DNA of 64,000 nucleotides from Escherichia coli (GTDB lineage Bacteria; Pseudomonadota; Gammaproteobacteria; Enterobacterales; Enterobacteriaceae): NCBI RefSeq assembly GCF_022846255.1, contig NZ_AP025682.1; one strand, 5' to 3'. Shown piece by piece: positions 21,463 to 32,335 of this stretch (position 1 is its first letter; each line of letters starts with the position of its first letter). The notes under the pieces were generated by a model. It saw only the letters and a program-made list of their open reading frames with translations, ran no database searches and was not told where the DNA came from. The position numbers and the translations under genes were made by a program.

Positions 21463-24400
21463 ATGGGTAAAGGCAGCAGTAAGGGGCATACCCCGCGCGA
21501 AGCGAAGGACAACCTGAAATCCACGCAGTTGCTGAGTGTGATTGATGCCATCAGTGAAGGGCCGGTTGAAGGTCCGGTGGATGGATTAAAAAGCGTGCTG
21601 CTGAACAGTACGCCGGTGCTGGACAGTGAGGGGAATACCAACATCTCCGGTGTCACGGTGGTGTTCCGGGCAGGTGAGCAGGAGCAGACACCGCCGGAGG
21701 GATTTGAATCCTCCGGTTCCGAGACGGTGCTGGGTACGGAAGTGAAATACGACACGCCGATCACCCGCACCATCACGTCGGCAAACATCGACCGTCTGCG
21801 CTTTACCTTCGGTGTGCAGGCACTGGTGGAAACCACCTCAAAGGGGGACAGGAATCCATCGGAAGTCCGCCTGCTGGTTCAGATACAACGTAACGGTGGC
21901 TGGGTGACGGAAAAAGACATCACCATTAAGGGCAAAACCACCTCGCAGTATCTGGCCTCGGTGGTGGTGGATAACCTGCCGCCGCGCCCGTTTAATATCC
22001 GGATGCGCAGGATGACGCCGGACAGCACCACAGACCAGCTGCAGAACAAAACGCTCTGGTCGTCATACACCGAAATCATCGATGTGAAACAGTGCTACCC
22101 GAACACGGCACTGGTCGGCGTGCAGGTGGATTCGGAGCAGTTCGGCAGCCAGCAGGTGAGCCGTAATTATCATCTGCGCGGGCGTATTCTGCAGGTGCCG
22201 TCGAACTATAACCCGCAGACGCGGCAATACAGCGGTATCTGGGACGGAACGTTTAAGCCAGCATACAGCAACAACATGGCCTGGTGTCTGTGGGATATGC
22301 TGACCCACCCGCGCTACGGCATGGGGAAACGTCTTGGTGCGGCAGATGTGGATAAATGGGCGCTGTATGTCATCGGCCAGTATTGCGACCAGTCAGTGCC
22401 GGACGGTTTTGGCGGCACGGAGCCGCGCATCACCTGTAATGCGTACCTGACCACACAGCGCAAGGCGTGGGATGTGCTCAGTGATTTCTGCTCGGCGATG
22501 CGCTGTATGCCGGTATGGAACGGGCAGACGCTGACGTTCGTGCAGGACCGACCGTCGGATAAGGTGTGGACCTATAACCGCAGTAATGTGGTGATGCCGG
22601 ATGATGGCGCGCCGTTCCGCTACAGCTTCAGCGCCCTGAAAGACCGCCATAATGCCGTTGAGGTGAACTGGATTGACCCGAACAACGGCTGGGAGACGGC
22701 GACAGAGCTTGTGGAGGACACGCAGGCCATTGCCCGTTACGGTCGTAACGTCACGAAGATGGATGCTTTTGGCTGTACCAGCCGGGGGCAGGCACACCGC
22801 GCCGGGCTGTGGCTGATTAAAACAGAACTGCTGGAAACGCAGACCGTGGACTTCAGCGTGGGCGCAGAAGGGCTTCGCCATGTGCCGGGCGATGTCATTG
22901 AAATCTGTGATGATGACTATGCCGGTATCAGCACCGGCGGGCGCGTGCTGGCGGTAAACAGCCAGACCCGGACGCTGACGCTCGACCGTGAAATCACGCT
23001 GCCATCCTCCGGCACCACGCTGATAAGCCTGGTTGACGGGCAGGGGAGTCCGGTCAGCGTGGAGGTCCAGTCCGTCACCGACGGTGTGAAGGTGAAAGTG
23101 AGCCGGGTTCCTGACGGAATAGCCGAATACAGCGTGTGGGGGCTGAAGCTGCCGACGCTGCGTCAGCGCCTGTTCCGCTGTGTGAGTATCCGTGAGAATG
23201 ATGACGGCACGTATGCCATCACCGCCGTGCAGCATGTACCGGAAAAAGAAGCCATCGTGGATAACGGGGCACACTTTGACGGCGACCGGAGCGGCACGGT
23301 GAATGGTGTCACGCCGCCAGCGGTGCAGCACCTGACCGCCGAAGTCATTGCAGACAGCGGGGAGTATCAGGTACTGGCCCGCTGGGACACGCCGAAGGTG
23401 GTGAAGGGCGTGAGCTTCCTGCTTCGCCTGACCGTGACAGCGGATGACGGCAGTGAGCGGCTGGTCAGCACGGCCCGGACGACGGAAACCACATACCGCT
23501 TCACACAACTGGCACCGGGGAACTACAGGCTGACAGTCCGGGCAGTAAATGCCCGGGGGCAGCAGGGAGACCCGGCGTCTGTATCGTTCCGGATTGCCGC
23601 ACCGGCAGCACCGTCGCGGATTGAGCTGACGCCGGGTTATTTTCAGATAACCGCCACGCCACATCTTGCGGTTTATGACCCGACGGTACAGTTTGAGTTC
23701 TGGTTTTCGGAAAAGCGGATTGCCGATATCCGGCAGGTTGAAACCACAGCGCGCTATCTTGGCACGGCGCTGTACTGGATAGCCGCCAGTATCAATATCA
23801 GGCCGGGCTATGATTATTATTTTTACGTTCGCAGTGTGAACACCGTTGGCAAATCTGCATTCGTGGAGGCTGTCGGTCAGGCGAGCGATGATGCGGAAGG
23901 TTACCTGGATTTTTTCAAAGGCAAGATAACCGAATCCCATCTCGGCAAGGAGCTGCTGGAAAAAGTCGAACTGACGGAGGGTAACGCCAGCAAACTGGAG
24001 GAGTTTTCGAAAGAGTGGAAGGACGCCATTGATAAATGGAATGCCATGTGGGGCGTCAAAATTGAGCAGACCAGAGACGGCAAACATTATGTCACGGGTA
24101 TTGGTCTCAGCATGGAGGACACGGTGAGCCAGTTTCTGGTTGCCGCTAACCGTATCGCGTTTATTGATCCGGCAAACGGGAATGAAACGCCGATGTTTGT
24201 GGCGCAGGGCAATCAGATATTCATGAACGACGTGTTCCTGAAACGCCTGACGGCCCCCACCATTACCAGTGGTGGAAATCCACCGGCATTTTCCCTGACA
24301 CCGGACGGAAAGCTGACTGCTAAAAATGCGGATATCAGTGGCAGTGTGAATGCGAACGCCGGGACGCTCAACAACGTCACGATAAATGAGAACTGTACGA

Positions 24401-24846
24401 TTAAAGGGAAACTGTCAGCCAATCAGATTGAAGGCGATATTGTCAAAACAGTGGGTAAGGCTTTCCCGCGGGATTCCCGTGCACCGGAGCAGTGGCCATC
24501 AGGGACCATTACCGTCAGAGTCTATGACGATCAGCCTTTTGACCGGCAAATTGTTATTCCCGCGGTGGCGTTTCGCGGAGCTAAACATGAGCGGGAGAAT
24601 AGCGATACTTATTCGTCATGCCGCCTGATAGTGAAGAAAAACGGTGCTGAAATTTATAACCGTACCGCACAGGATAGTACGCTGATTTATACAGGTGTTA
24701 TTGATATGCCTGCAGGCAGTGGCGTAATGACACTGGAGTTTTCTGTATCAGCATGGTGGGTAAATGGTTGGTATCCCACAGCAAGTATCAGCGATTTGCT
24801 GGTTGTGGTGATGAAGAAATCCACTGCAGGTATCACGATTAGCTGA
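21463..24846 (+). CDS. J: Central tail fibre / host specificity protein gpJ (1127 aa)
   Basis: [37 protein letters not shown]... lambda J; fibronectin-III-like middle region. Confidence 0.95.
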   Translation: MGKGSSKGHTPREAKDNLKSTQLLSVIDAISEGPVEGPVDGLKSVLLNSTPVLDSEGNTNISGVTVVFRAGEQEQTPPEGFESSGSETVLGTEVKYDTPITRTITSANIDRLRFTFGVQALVETTSKGDRNPSEVRLLVQIQRNGGWVTEKDITIKGKTTSQYLASVVVDNLPPRPFNIRMRRMTPDSTTDQLQNKTLWSSYTEIIDVKQCYPNTALVGVQVDSEQFGSQQVSRNYHLRGRILQVPSNYNPQTRQYSGIWDGTFKPAYSNNMAWCLWDMLTHPRYGMGKRLGAADVDKWALYVIGQYCDQSVPDGFGGTEPRITCNAYLTTQRKAWDVLSDFCSAMRCMPVWNGQTLTFVQDRPSDKVWTYNRSNVVMPDDGAPFRYSFSALKDRHNAVEVNWIDPNNGWETATELVEDTQAIARYGRNVTKMDAFGCTSRGQAHRAGLWLIKTELLETQTVDFSVGAEGLRHVPGDVIEICDDDYAGISTGGRVLAVNSQTRTLTLDREITLPSSGTTLISLVDGQGSPVSVEVQSVTDGVKVKVSRVPDGIAEYSVWGLKLPTLRQRLFRCVSIRENDDGTYAITAVQHVPEKEAIVDNGAHFDGDRSGTVNGVTPPAVQHLTAEVIADSGEYQVLARWDTPKVVKGVSFLLRLTVTADDGSERLVSTARTTETTYRFTQLAPGNYRLTVRAVNARGQQGDPASVSFRIAAPAAPSRIELTPGYFQITATPHLAVYDPTVQFEFWFSEKRIADIRQVETTARYLGTALYWIAASINIRPGYDYYFYVRSVNTVGKSAFVEAVGQASDDAEGYLDFFKGKITESHLGKELLEKVELTEGNASKLEEFSKEWKDAIDKWNAMWGVKIEQTRDGKHYVTGIGLSMEDTVSQFLVAANRIAFIDPANGNETPMFVAQGNQIFMNDVFLKRLTAPTITSGGNPPAFSLTPDGKLTAKNADISGSVNANAGTLNNVTINENCTIKGKLSANQIEGDIVKTVGKAFPRDSRAPEQWPSGTITVRVYDDQPFDRQIVIPAVAFRGAKHERENSDTYSSCRLIVKKNGAEIYNRTAQDSTLIYTGVIDMPAGSGVMTLEFSVSAWWVNGWYPTASISDLLVVVMKKSTAGITIS

Positions 24847-24865
24847 ATTTTATAACCCATATACG

Positions 24866-24889
24866 GGCGCCAGAAATGGCGCCTTTTTT
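24866..24889 (+). terminator. Rho-independent terminator after J
   Basis: GGCGCC-AGAAAT-GGCGCC followed by TTTTTT. Confidence 0.55.
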
Positions 24890-24913
24890 ATTGCAGAAAA
24901 GCGAGAGGTAATT

Positions 24914-25513
24914 ATGCGTAAAGTTTGTGCCGCCATTTTGTCCGCCGCCATCTGTCTGGTCGTATCCGGTGCGCCTGCATGGGCATCTGAGCAGCAGGCC
25001 ACGCTGAGCGCGGGGTATCTTCATGCCCGGACGACCGCTCCCGGTAGCGATAATCTGAACGGGATTAACGTGAAATACCGTTATGAATTTACGGACACGC
25101 TGGGGCTGATTACGTCCTTCAGTTATGCCGACGCCGAAGATGAACATAAAACGCATTACAGCGATACCCGCTGGCATGAAGATTCCGTGCGTAACCGCTG
25201 GTTCAGCGTAATGGCGGGGCCGTCTGTGCGTGTGAATGAATGGTTCAGTGCGTATGCGATGGGGGGTGTGGCTTACAGCCGTGTGTCGACTTTTTCCGGG
25301 GATTATCTCCGCGTAACTGACAACACGGGGAAAACGCACGATGTGCTGACCGGAAGTGATGACGGTCGCCACAGCAACACGTCTCTGGCGTGGGGGGCTG
25401 GCGTGCAGTTTAACCCGACCGAATCCGTGGCCATTGATATTGCTTATGAAGGCTCCGGCAGTGGTGACTGGCGCACTGACGGTTTCATCGTGGGTGTCGG
25501 TTATAAATTCTGA
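24914..25513 (+). CDS. lom: Lom outer-membrane protein (Ail/OmpX family, 199 aa)
   Basis: Signal peptide MRKVCAAILSAAICLVVSGAPAWA, beta-barrel sequence ending ...GVGYKF; lambda lom position after J. Confidence 0.9.
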   Translation: MRKVCAAILSAAICLVVSGAPAWASEQQATLSAGYLHARTTAPGSDNLNGINVKYRYEFTDTLGLITSFSYADAEDEHKTHYSDTRWHEDSVRNRWFSVMAGPSVRVNEWFSAYAMGGVAYSRVSTFSGDYLRVTDNTGKTHDVLTGSDDGRHSNTSLAWGAGVQFNPTESVAIDIAYEGSGSGDWRTDGFIVGVGYKF

Positions 25514-25540
25514 TTAGCCAGGTAACACAGTGTTATGACA

Positions 25541-25566
25541 GCCCGCCGGTTCAGGCGGGCTTTTTT
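25541..25566 (+). terminator. Rho-independent terminator after lom
   Basis: GCCCGCC-GGTTCA-GGCGGGC followed by TTTTTT. Confidence 0.55.
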
Positions 25567-25577
25567 GTGGGGTGAAT

Positions 25578-28406
25578 ATGGCAGTAAAGATTTCAGGTGT
25601 CCTGAAAGACGGCACAGGAAAACCGGTACAGAACTGCACCATTCAACTGAAAGCCAGACGTAACAGCACCACGGTGGTGGTGAACACGGTGGCCTCTGAA
25701 AATCCGGATGAAGCCGGGCGTTACAGCATGGACGTTGAGTACGGTCAGTACAGCGTTATTCTGTTGGTGGAGGGGTTCCCGCCATCACATGCCGGGACTA
25801 TCACCGTGTATGAAGATTCTCAACCCGGTACGCTGAATGATTTTCTCGGTGCCATGACGGAGGATGATGCCCGTCCGGAGGCACTGCGCCGTTTTGAAGT
25901 GATGGTGGAAGAGGTGGCGCGTAACGCGTCCGCAGTGGCACAGAACACGGCAGCCGCGAAGAAGTCAGCCGGCGATGCCAGCACATCAGCCCGTGAGGCG
26001 GCAACCCATGCGACTGATGCTGCAGACTCAGCACGCGCAGCCAGCACGTCAGCCGGACAGGCCGTGTCGTCGGCTCAGTCAGCGTCTTCCAGCGCAGGAA
26101 CGGCATCAGCAAAGGCCACTGAAGCATCAAAAAGTGCTGCCGCTGCAGAGTCCTCAAAAAGCGCGGCGGCCACCAGTGCCGGTGCGGCAAAAACGTCAGA
26201 AACGAATGCTTCAGCGTCACAACAATCAGCAGCCACTTCTGCATCCACCGCGACTACGAAAGCGTCAGAAGCTGCCACCTCAGCCCGGGATGCGGCGGCC
26301 TCAAAAGAGGCAGCGAAATCATCAGAAACGAACGCATCCTCGAGCGCCAGTAGTTCCGCTTCCTCGGCAACGGCGGCAGGAAATTCCGCGAAGGCGGCAA
26401 AAACGTCCGAGACGAACGCCAGGTCTTCTGAGACGGCAGCGGGACAGAGCGCCTCAGCTGCGGCAGGCTCAAAAACAGCGGCTGCATCATCTGCCAGTGC
26501 CGCGTCAACAAGTGCCGGGCAGGCCTCAGCCAGTGCCACTGCCGCCGGAAAATCGGCAGAAAGCGCTGCATTGTCCGCTTCAACAGCCACAACGAAGGCT
26601 GGCGAAGCCGCTGAACAGGCCAGCGCAGCAGCGAGGTCTGCTTCCGCAGCGAAGACATCCGAAACGAACGCGAAAGCGTCGGAAACCAGCGCAGAATCCT
26701 CAAAAACGGCAGCCGCATCGTCCGCCAGTGCGGCGGCGTCATCGGCATCATCTGCGTCTGCTTCAAAAGATGAGGCGACCAGACAGGCGTCAGCAGCGAA
26801 GGACAGTGCCACGACGGCATCCACGAAGGCGACAGAGGCTGCTGGCAGTGCGACGGCGGCAGCACAGAGCAAAAGTACGGCAGAATCCGCCGCAACGCGC
26901 GCTGAGACAGCAGCAAAACGGGCAGAGGATATTGCATCCGCCGTGGCGCTTGAGGATGCAAGCACGACGAAAAAGGGGGTAGTACAGCTCAGCAGTGCGA
27001 CCAACAGCACTTCCGAGTCACTGGCGGCAACGCCAAAAGCCGTTAAGGCCGCGTATGACCTGGCTAACGGGAAATATACCGCTCAGGACGCTACGACAGC
27101 ACAAAAAGGAATTGTCCAGCTCAGTAGTGCAACCAACAGCGCATCTGAAACGCTTGCTGCGACATCGAAAGCAGTGAAAGCAGCTAATGACAATGCGAAT
27201 GGTCGGGTACCTTCTGCCCGTAAGGTGAATGGTAAGGCGCTTTCAGCGGATATAACACTGACACCGAAAGATATTGGTACGCTTAACTCAACAACTATGT
27301 CATTCAGCGGTGGTGCTGGTTGGTTCAAATTAGCAACGGTAACCATGCCGCAGGCGAGTTCTGTTGTTTCAATTACGTTGATTGGTGGGGCTGGATATAA
27401 CGTCGGTTCACCTCAACAGGCAGGTATATCTGAACTTGTTTTGCGTGCAGGTAATGGTAATCCGAAGGGGATTACTGGTGCTTTATGGCAGCGCACATCG
27501 GCAGGGTTTACAAATTTTGCCTGGGTCAATACATCTGGTGATACTTACGATATTTACGTTGCAATCGGAAATTATGCGACTGGTGTAAATATTCAATGGG
27601 ATTATACCAGTAATGCCAGCGTAACGATTCATACGTCACCAGCATATTCTGCTAATAAGCCGGAAGGGTTAACGGACGGTACAGTTTATTCACTCTATAC
27701 GCCATCAGAGCAGTTTTATCCGCCTGGCGCACCAATCCCGTGGCCATCGGATACCGTTCCGTCTGGTTATGCCCTGATGCAGGGGCAGACTTTTGACAAA
27801 TCTGCCTACCCGAAACTTGCAGTCGCTTATCCGTCAGGCGTGATCCCTGATATGCGTGGCTGGACGATTAAGGGCAAGCCCGCCAGTGGTCGTGCCGTAT
27901 TGTCTCAGGAGCAGGACGGCATTAAATCGCACACCCACAGCGCCAGCGCATCCAGTACGGATATGGGTACGAAAACCACATCGTCGTTTGATTACGGCAC
28001 TAAATCCACGAATAACACCGGGGCGCATACGCACAGTCTGAGCGGCTCTACAAGCTCGGCCGGAGCACACTCGCACGTTGATGGTCGCAGGTTTAATACA
28101 AGCACTTTTAAAGACACCTATCAGTATGGTTCTACAGCTGTCGGAAGTAACTCATACCAGGTACAAGGGGCGGTTGGTCTGGGCATTGGCACGATGGCGA
28201 ATACGAACTCTGCTGGCGCGCATACCCACTCACTGTCCGGCACTGCTGCAAGCGCAGGTGCACACGCACATACTGTCGGTATTGGTGCTCATACGCACTC
28301 CGTTGCGATTGGCTCACATGGACACACCATCACCGTTAACGCTGCTGGTAACGCGGAAAACACCGTCAAAAACATCGCATTTAACTATATTGTGAGGCTT
28401 GCATAA
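25578..28406 (+). CDS. stf: Side tail fibre protein Stf, full length (942 aa)
   Basis: N-terminus [26 protein letters not shown] as lambda Stf; long Ala/Ser/Thr-rich repeat shaft; C-terminal GAHTHS/His-rich repeats; one uninterrupted ORF. Confidence 0.9.
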   Translation: MAVKISGVLKDGTGKPVQNCTIQLKARRNSTTVVVNTVASENPDEAGRYSMDVEYGQYSVILLVEGFPPSHAGTITVYEDSQPGTLNDFLGAMTEDDARPEALRRFEVMVEEVARNASAVAQNTAAAKKSAGDASTSAREAATHATDAADSARAASTSAGQAVSSAQSASSSAGTASAKATEASKSAAAAESSKSAAATSAGAAKTSETNASASQQSAATSASTATTKASEAATSARDAAASKEAAKSSETNASSSASSSASSATAAGNSAKAAKTSETNARSSETAAGQSASAAAGSKTAAASSASAASTSAGQASASATAAGKSAESAALSASTATTKAGEAAEQASAAARSASAAKTSETNAKASETSAESSKTAAASSASAAASSASSASASKDEATRQASAAKDSATTASTKATEAAGSATAAAQSKSTAESAATRAETAAKRAEDIASAVALEDASTTKKGVVQLSSATNSTSESLAATPKAVKAAYDLANGKYTAQDATTAQKGIVQLSSATNSASETLAATSKAVKAANDNANGRVPSARKVNGKALSADITLTPKDIGTLNSTTMSFSGGAGWFKLATVTMPQASSVVSITLIGGAGYNVGSPQQAGISELVLRAGNGNPKGITGALWQRTSAGFTNFAWVNTSGDTYDIYVAIGNYATGVNIQWDYTSNASVTIHTSPAYSANKPEGLTDGTVYSLYTPSEQFYPPGAPIPWPSDTVPSGYALMQGQTFDKSAYPKLAVAYPSGVIPDMRGWTIKGKPASGRAVLSQEQDGIKSHTHSASASSTDMGTKTTSSFDYGTKSTNNTGAHTHSLSGSTSSAGAHSHVDGRRFNTSTFKDTYQYGSTAVGSNSYQVQGAVGLGIGTMANTNSAGAHTHSLSGTAASAGAHAHTVGIGAHTHSVAIGSHGHTITVNAAGNAENTVKNIAFNYIVRLA
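25960..26960 (+). repeat. Degenerate tandem coding repeats inside stf (units containing KTSETNA / KSSETNA)
   Basis: Peptide motif recurs at least four times; low-complexity GC-rich nucleotide repeats generate long spurious ORFs in other frames. Confidence 0.6.
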
Positions 28407-28990
28407 TGGCATTCAGAATGAGTGAACAAGCACGGACCATAAAAATTTATAATCTGCTGGCCGGAACTAATGAATTTATTGGTGAAGGTGACGCATATAT
28501 TCCGCCTCATACAGGTCTGCCAGCAAACAGTACCGATATTGCACCACCAGATATTCCTGCTGGCTTTGTGGCTGTTTTCAACAGTGATGAGGCATCGTGG
28601 CATCTCGTTGAAGACCATCGGGGTAAAACGGTTTATGACGTAGCGTCAGGGGACGAGTTATTTATTTCTGAACTCGGTCCGTTACCGGAAAATGTTACCT
28701 GGTTATCGCCGGAAGGGGAGTTTCAGAAGTGGAACGGCACAGCCTGGGTGAAAGATGCAGAAGCAGAAAAACTGTTCCGGATCCGGGAGGCGGAAGAAAC
28801 AAAAAACAGCCTGATGCAGGTAGCCAGTGAGCATATTGCGCCACTTCAGGATGCTGTAGATCTGGAAATCGCAACGGAGGAAGAAACCTCATTGCTGGAA
28901 GCCTGGAAAAAGTATCGGGTGTTGCTGAACCGTGTTGATACATCAACTGCACCTGATATTGAGTGGCCTACGAACCCTGTCAGGGAGTAA
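28406..28990 (+). CDS. tfa: Tail fibre assembly protein Tfa (194 aa)
   Basis: [39 protein letters not shown]... lambda Tfa; ATG overlaps the stf stop. Confidence 0.9.
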   Translation: MAFRMSEQARTIKIYNLLAGTNEFIGEGDAYIPPHTGLPANSTDIAPPDIPAGFVAVFNSDEASWHLVEDHRGKTVYDVASGDELFISELGPLPENVTWLSPEGEFQKWNGTAWVKDAEAEKLFRIREAEETKNSLMQVASEHIAPLQDAVDLEIATEEETSLLEAWKKYRVLLNRVDTSTAPDIEWPTNPVRE

Positions 28991-29003
28991 TCATTGGGAT
29001 TAT

Positions 29004-29052
29004 GCCGCAGCACGTCTTAAGCAAGAACGTGCTGCGGTTGGATGCTATTTTT
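29004..29052. terminator. Hairpin/terminator shared by the convergent tfa and methyltransferase genes
   Basis: Perfect 10-bp stem CCGCAGCACG...CGTGCTGCGG with a T-run at 29047-29052; overlaps the methyltransferase stop. Confidence 0.4.
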
Positions 29053-29713
29053 TCCCTGAAGCGGAAAACATTACTACAGTACCTTGAACCTTGGTTTTAA
29101 CATTCTCGAAATGCTCTGAGAGTATATGTGTTAAGCCTTCTTCGGAATCTTTTGTGTTTGAAAAGATGCCTTTCTGATTGTAAATGCGCATCAGTTTTTG
29201 ACCGAAGCTATTGTGCACAACTCCATCGCCAAGAATTGTGGCTCCGTATAGAGTTCCATCGTCAGTTAAGGCCTGCGCCGCATTGCGTATTACACAGCTT
29301 TTTGTAGATATATTTCCAGGCAGACAGTGAAGAAGGTAAAACATGGAAATGGAATCAAATTGACCATGTAACGCCGCGGGATAAGGTTCAAAAACATCAT
29401 GGTTAATTTTATGTTTAATTTTTGATTCCCCAGCCCTTGTAGATGCCGCGTTCAGGCTAGCTTCGTTCAAATCCATTAAAGATATCAGACTACTCTCAGG
29501 TACGTGAGTAAGGTAAAACCCAGTTCCAACACCAATATCCAGATGGTTGTTACCTAAATGTTCCAGAAAGTGTGGAAGAAGGTGTTCCTTTGTAGGACAT
29601 CCCCATGCAAGCCGATTTGATACTCCCAAAACCCACCAGTCATAAAGCTTTAGGGTAAGTGGTGTGTAAATTTTAGCCCCATCATCTGTGTTTTTTTTCA
29701 TTAATTTCACCAT
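29045..29713 (-). CDS. Class I SAM-dependent methyltransferase (222 aa; start may be ATG 29701)
   Basis: Motif I LDIGVGTG (GxGxG SAM-binding loop) and an acidic motif II (LMDLNEA); no DNA-methyltransferase DPPY/NPPY-type motif seen; low GC compared with flanking phage genes. Confidence 0.7.
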   Translation of the reverse strand: MVKLMKKNTDDGAKIYTPLTLKLYDWWVLGVSNRLAWGCPTKEHLLPHFLEHLGNNHLDIGVGTGFYLTHVPESSLISLMDLNEASLNAASTRAGESKIKHKINHDVFEPYPAALHGQFDSISMFYLLHCLPGNISTKSCVIRNAAQALTDDGTLYGATILGDGVVHNSFGQKLMRIYNQKGIFSNTKDSEEGLTHILSEHFENVKTKVQGTVVMFSASGKK

Positions 29714-29769
29714 GTTATAGTTTTATTTGTGAATTAAATCAATTATGGCGATGAATTACAAGGGGTTAA

Positions 29770-30039
29770 ATGCTGCCGCAGCATAGCGATATTGAAATAG
29801 CCTGGTATGCTTCGATACAGCAGGAGCCGAATGGCTGGAAGACCGTCACCACACAGTTCTACATCCAGGAATTCAGTGAGTATATTGCGCCACTGCAGGA
29901 TGCTGTAGATCTGGAAATCGCAACGGAGGAAGAAAGATCGTTGCTGGAGGCATGGAATAAATATCGGGTGTTGCTGAACCGTGTTGATACATCAACTGCA
30001 CCTGATATTGAGTGGCCGGAAGAACCAGACACAATGTAA
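29770..30039 (+). pseudogene. Tail fibre assembly gene fragment (tfa 3' duplicate fused to unrelated 5' sequence, 89-aa ORF)
   Basis: C-terminal 50 aa ([45 protein letters not shown]) nearly identical to the Tfa C-terminus; N-terminal 38 aa unrelated; has an RBS (AAGGGG) so might be translated. Confidence 0.55.
29881..30030 (+). repeat. Direct repeat of the tfa 3' end (copy 2; copy 1 at about 28838..28975)
   Basis: About 140 nt, roughly 90% identical by eye, same orientation; each copy is followed by a similar hairpin (GTGCTGCGGTTGG). Confidence 0.7.
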
Positions 30040-30433
30040 GCGAAAAAGAAAAACCGCAGACACGACGTATGCAGGACGTGCTGCGGTTGGCTGGTGAACT
30101 TTCGATAGTGCGAGTATTGAATGATTTCCAGCCGTTACCGATTTTACGTATTTTTTGTATGGGAGGATTTGCATCTCCTCCCACCGATCCTCCATGACTT
30201 TACGCCACAGTCTCTAGGACTGCTATGTGCCAATAGCAGACATCCACACAATTATGTAAAATAGGCTAGTGAGTCAGCATTCATGTAGTTCAGACCATCT
30301 ATAGCTGAAATCACGATCGCTTAACAGTGATTCACTCATAACTGCTAGCGAGCAATGTTCTTGTTTGAACCTCAAATTGAAACCACAAAATCGAAAGGTT
30401 AAATAATCGATTATCCAAATAGAAGGCAATTCA

Positions 30434-31873
30434 ATGGGAAATCACGATTTTATTAAATATATTATATTATTTGGCTTGTCTGGGATAATGTTGGCTATGC
30501 TAGTGCTCTTTATTTCCTCTGTAGCATATTATTTTTTCACCCATAATAAAGGAGTTCTTCAGTATATAATTAAAACTATTTCCATAGGCCTTGTAACTAT
30601 TCCAGTCGCAATAATACTAATCGTTGCACTCGTCCATTATGTTGTCTGGCAAAAAGGGATTTCAACGGCATGGCGTTTTATATTCCACTCGACTAAAACA
30701 ACAACCGTGAATGATATTGCTAATGCTGAATCAGAAGATGTTATTGTTCACCTTGTTCATGGAACATTCGAGACGAATGCATCTTGGACACAACCTGAGT
30801 CAAAAATGTGCAAATCAATTAACTCAAGGAATCCCAATATTGGTATATCTCGATTTAAATGGGATGGCAAAAACTCTGCATCCTCTCGTAAACAAGCGGC
30901 ATATCAATTAGGAATGCATATTGATAACTCTCCTGCAAAATACAATTATATTATTGCACATAGCCATGGGGCAGCTATTGTAAGAGAAATGTCTTATTTA
31001 CGAAGTGATATTGCAAAAAAAATTCAAGGCGTATGTCTTTTGTCACCACCGTTCATCTTTCGACGTAGGATAAAAAGAACGTCAGGTACTTTAATTAATC
31101 TTATTGATATTAGCGGAACTTTGGCCATTCAATTGTTACTTGCAGCACTTTTTGTACCTTTGAATCTATATAATATTAATTATGCAGCAGTAATTTTTTT
31201 TGTTTCAATATTTGCAGAAATTATAATCTCCAAAAAATATAAAAAAGAATTTTTGCAGGAAGTTGAGAGTGGCGAGCACTGTGAAGCGGTTGATTTTAGG
31301 AATGTTGAAATTTATCACGCAATTGGTGATGAAGCCGATTCAGGCCTAAGATTTGTAAGTTCACTTCACGAAGGATGTTTTTCAATTCTTTCCCAGCTAA
31401 AAAAAGCTCAAGTAAGTCATAAAAAGCTAACACATTGGTCAGCAGTTTTAAGCTACCTATTTTATATTTCCATGAGTGTATTAATATGGTTCTTCTATCC
31501 TGAAGAAAAATCATGGATTATAGTATTATTAGTAAGCTTTGTATTAACTTCTATTTCTCACATTTGGCAAAGGTTGAAACCATCAAAGGATGTTCCTCAT
31601 GTTTTACTTATTGCAGCAATACCAGTTGCGATTTTTTCATTTTGGTTGGCTGTAGCTAAGGCCATAGCTTATGGAGATTTGCGATTAATATTTTGCCCGG
31701 AAGTTTTTATTGCATCATCTGAAACTCCAGCTGGAGATCATAAAGTTATTAAATTTGCTCCACAGAATGATGGTATATTAATACACTCAACACACTCGCA
31801 TCCGGAGGCTATAATTAATGTTTCTGAATGGTTATATTGCTCTGAGAATAAAAGGGTAAATGGTGAACCATAG
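30434..31873 (+). CDS. Polytopic membrane protein with alpha/beta-hydrolase-like (putative serine esterase/lipase) core, 479 aa
   Basis: RBS GAAGG; two N-terminal hydrophobic helices, then a soluble region with LVHG and nucleophile-elbow-like AHSHG motifs, then several more hydrophobic helices; very AT-rich. Confidence 0.65.
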   Translation: MGNHDFIKYIILFGLSGIMLAMLVLFISSVAYYFFTHNKGVLQYIIKTISIGLVTIPVAIILIVALVHYVVWQKGISTAWRFIFHSTKTTTVNDIANAESEDVIVHLVHGTFETNASWTQPESKMCKSINSRNPNIGISRFKWDGKNSASSRKQAAYQLGMHIDNSPAKYNYIIAHSHGAAIVREMSYLRSDIAKKIQGVCLLSPPFIFRRRIKRTSGTLINLIDISGTLAIQLLLAALFVPLNLYNINYAAVIFFVSIFAEIIISKKYKKEFLQEVESGEHCEAVDFRNVEIYHAIGDEADSGLRFVSSLHEGCFSILSQLKKAQVSHKKLTHWSAVLSYLFYISMSVLIWFFYPEEKSWIIVLLVSFVLTSISHIWQRLKPSKDVPHVLLIAAIPVAIFSFWLAVAKAIAYGDLRLIFCPEVFIASSETPAGDHKVIKFAPQNDGILIHSTHSHPEAIINVSEWLYCSENKRVNGEP

Positions 31874-32335
31874 ATTAATATAACCACCATAAATTAATTT
31901 GTAATATACTTCCCTGCTAAATTCGCAGGGGAGTATAAAAATATACTAACTCAGTGGAGTCTTGTGCTGAGTTAGTACATGTTAACAAGATATTTATTCA
32001 CCACTAAATAATTAGCTAGAACAATAAGAATAATTTTGGGCAGTAAAGACAGGATGTAAACTACACTTATTCCAGTATGTTGGTTATCGTAGTTATATAT
32101 GATGAGCTCTAAAGTCCGCTTCTCGCTCATAACAGACATTCACTACAGTTATAGTAGAAGGTATGCATGCTGAGTGGGGAAAGTGTGAAAGAAAAGAAGA
32201 CTGCTGCGTCGTTTGTCGTCACGTTTATCTTCATTGGTTATGCAAGTAGTAATACAAGATGGGACAAAACTGAGGCACACATAGCTTTGTACTGGATTGC
32301 TAGGCTTTGTGCTCTTCGATAGTGGTTAAGGTGGA

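Noticed and set aside
22393..24087. 564-aa ORF on the minus strand
   Set aside because: Lies wholly antisense to the well-supported J gene; Arg/Pro-rich composition typical of antisense frames of GC-rich coding DNA; no RBS or independent support.
25975..27010. Long ORFs in alternative frames (335 aa Arg/Pro/Gln-rich on plus; 311 aa Ala/Asp-rich and 235 aa on minus)
   Set aside because: Artefacts of the low-complexity repeat region of stf; the stf frame has the recognisable N-terminus and continuity with tail-fibre domains.
31874..32335. Possible second att site between the cargo and the integrase 3' end (lambda-style arrangement)
   Set aside because: No copy of the argW 3' end was found there by eye, and IntS-type integrases are expected to have att on the tRNA side; left as unresolved rather than called.
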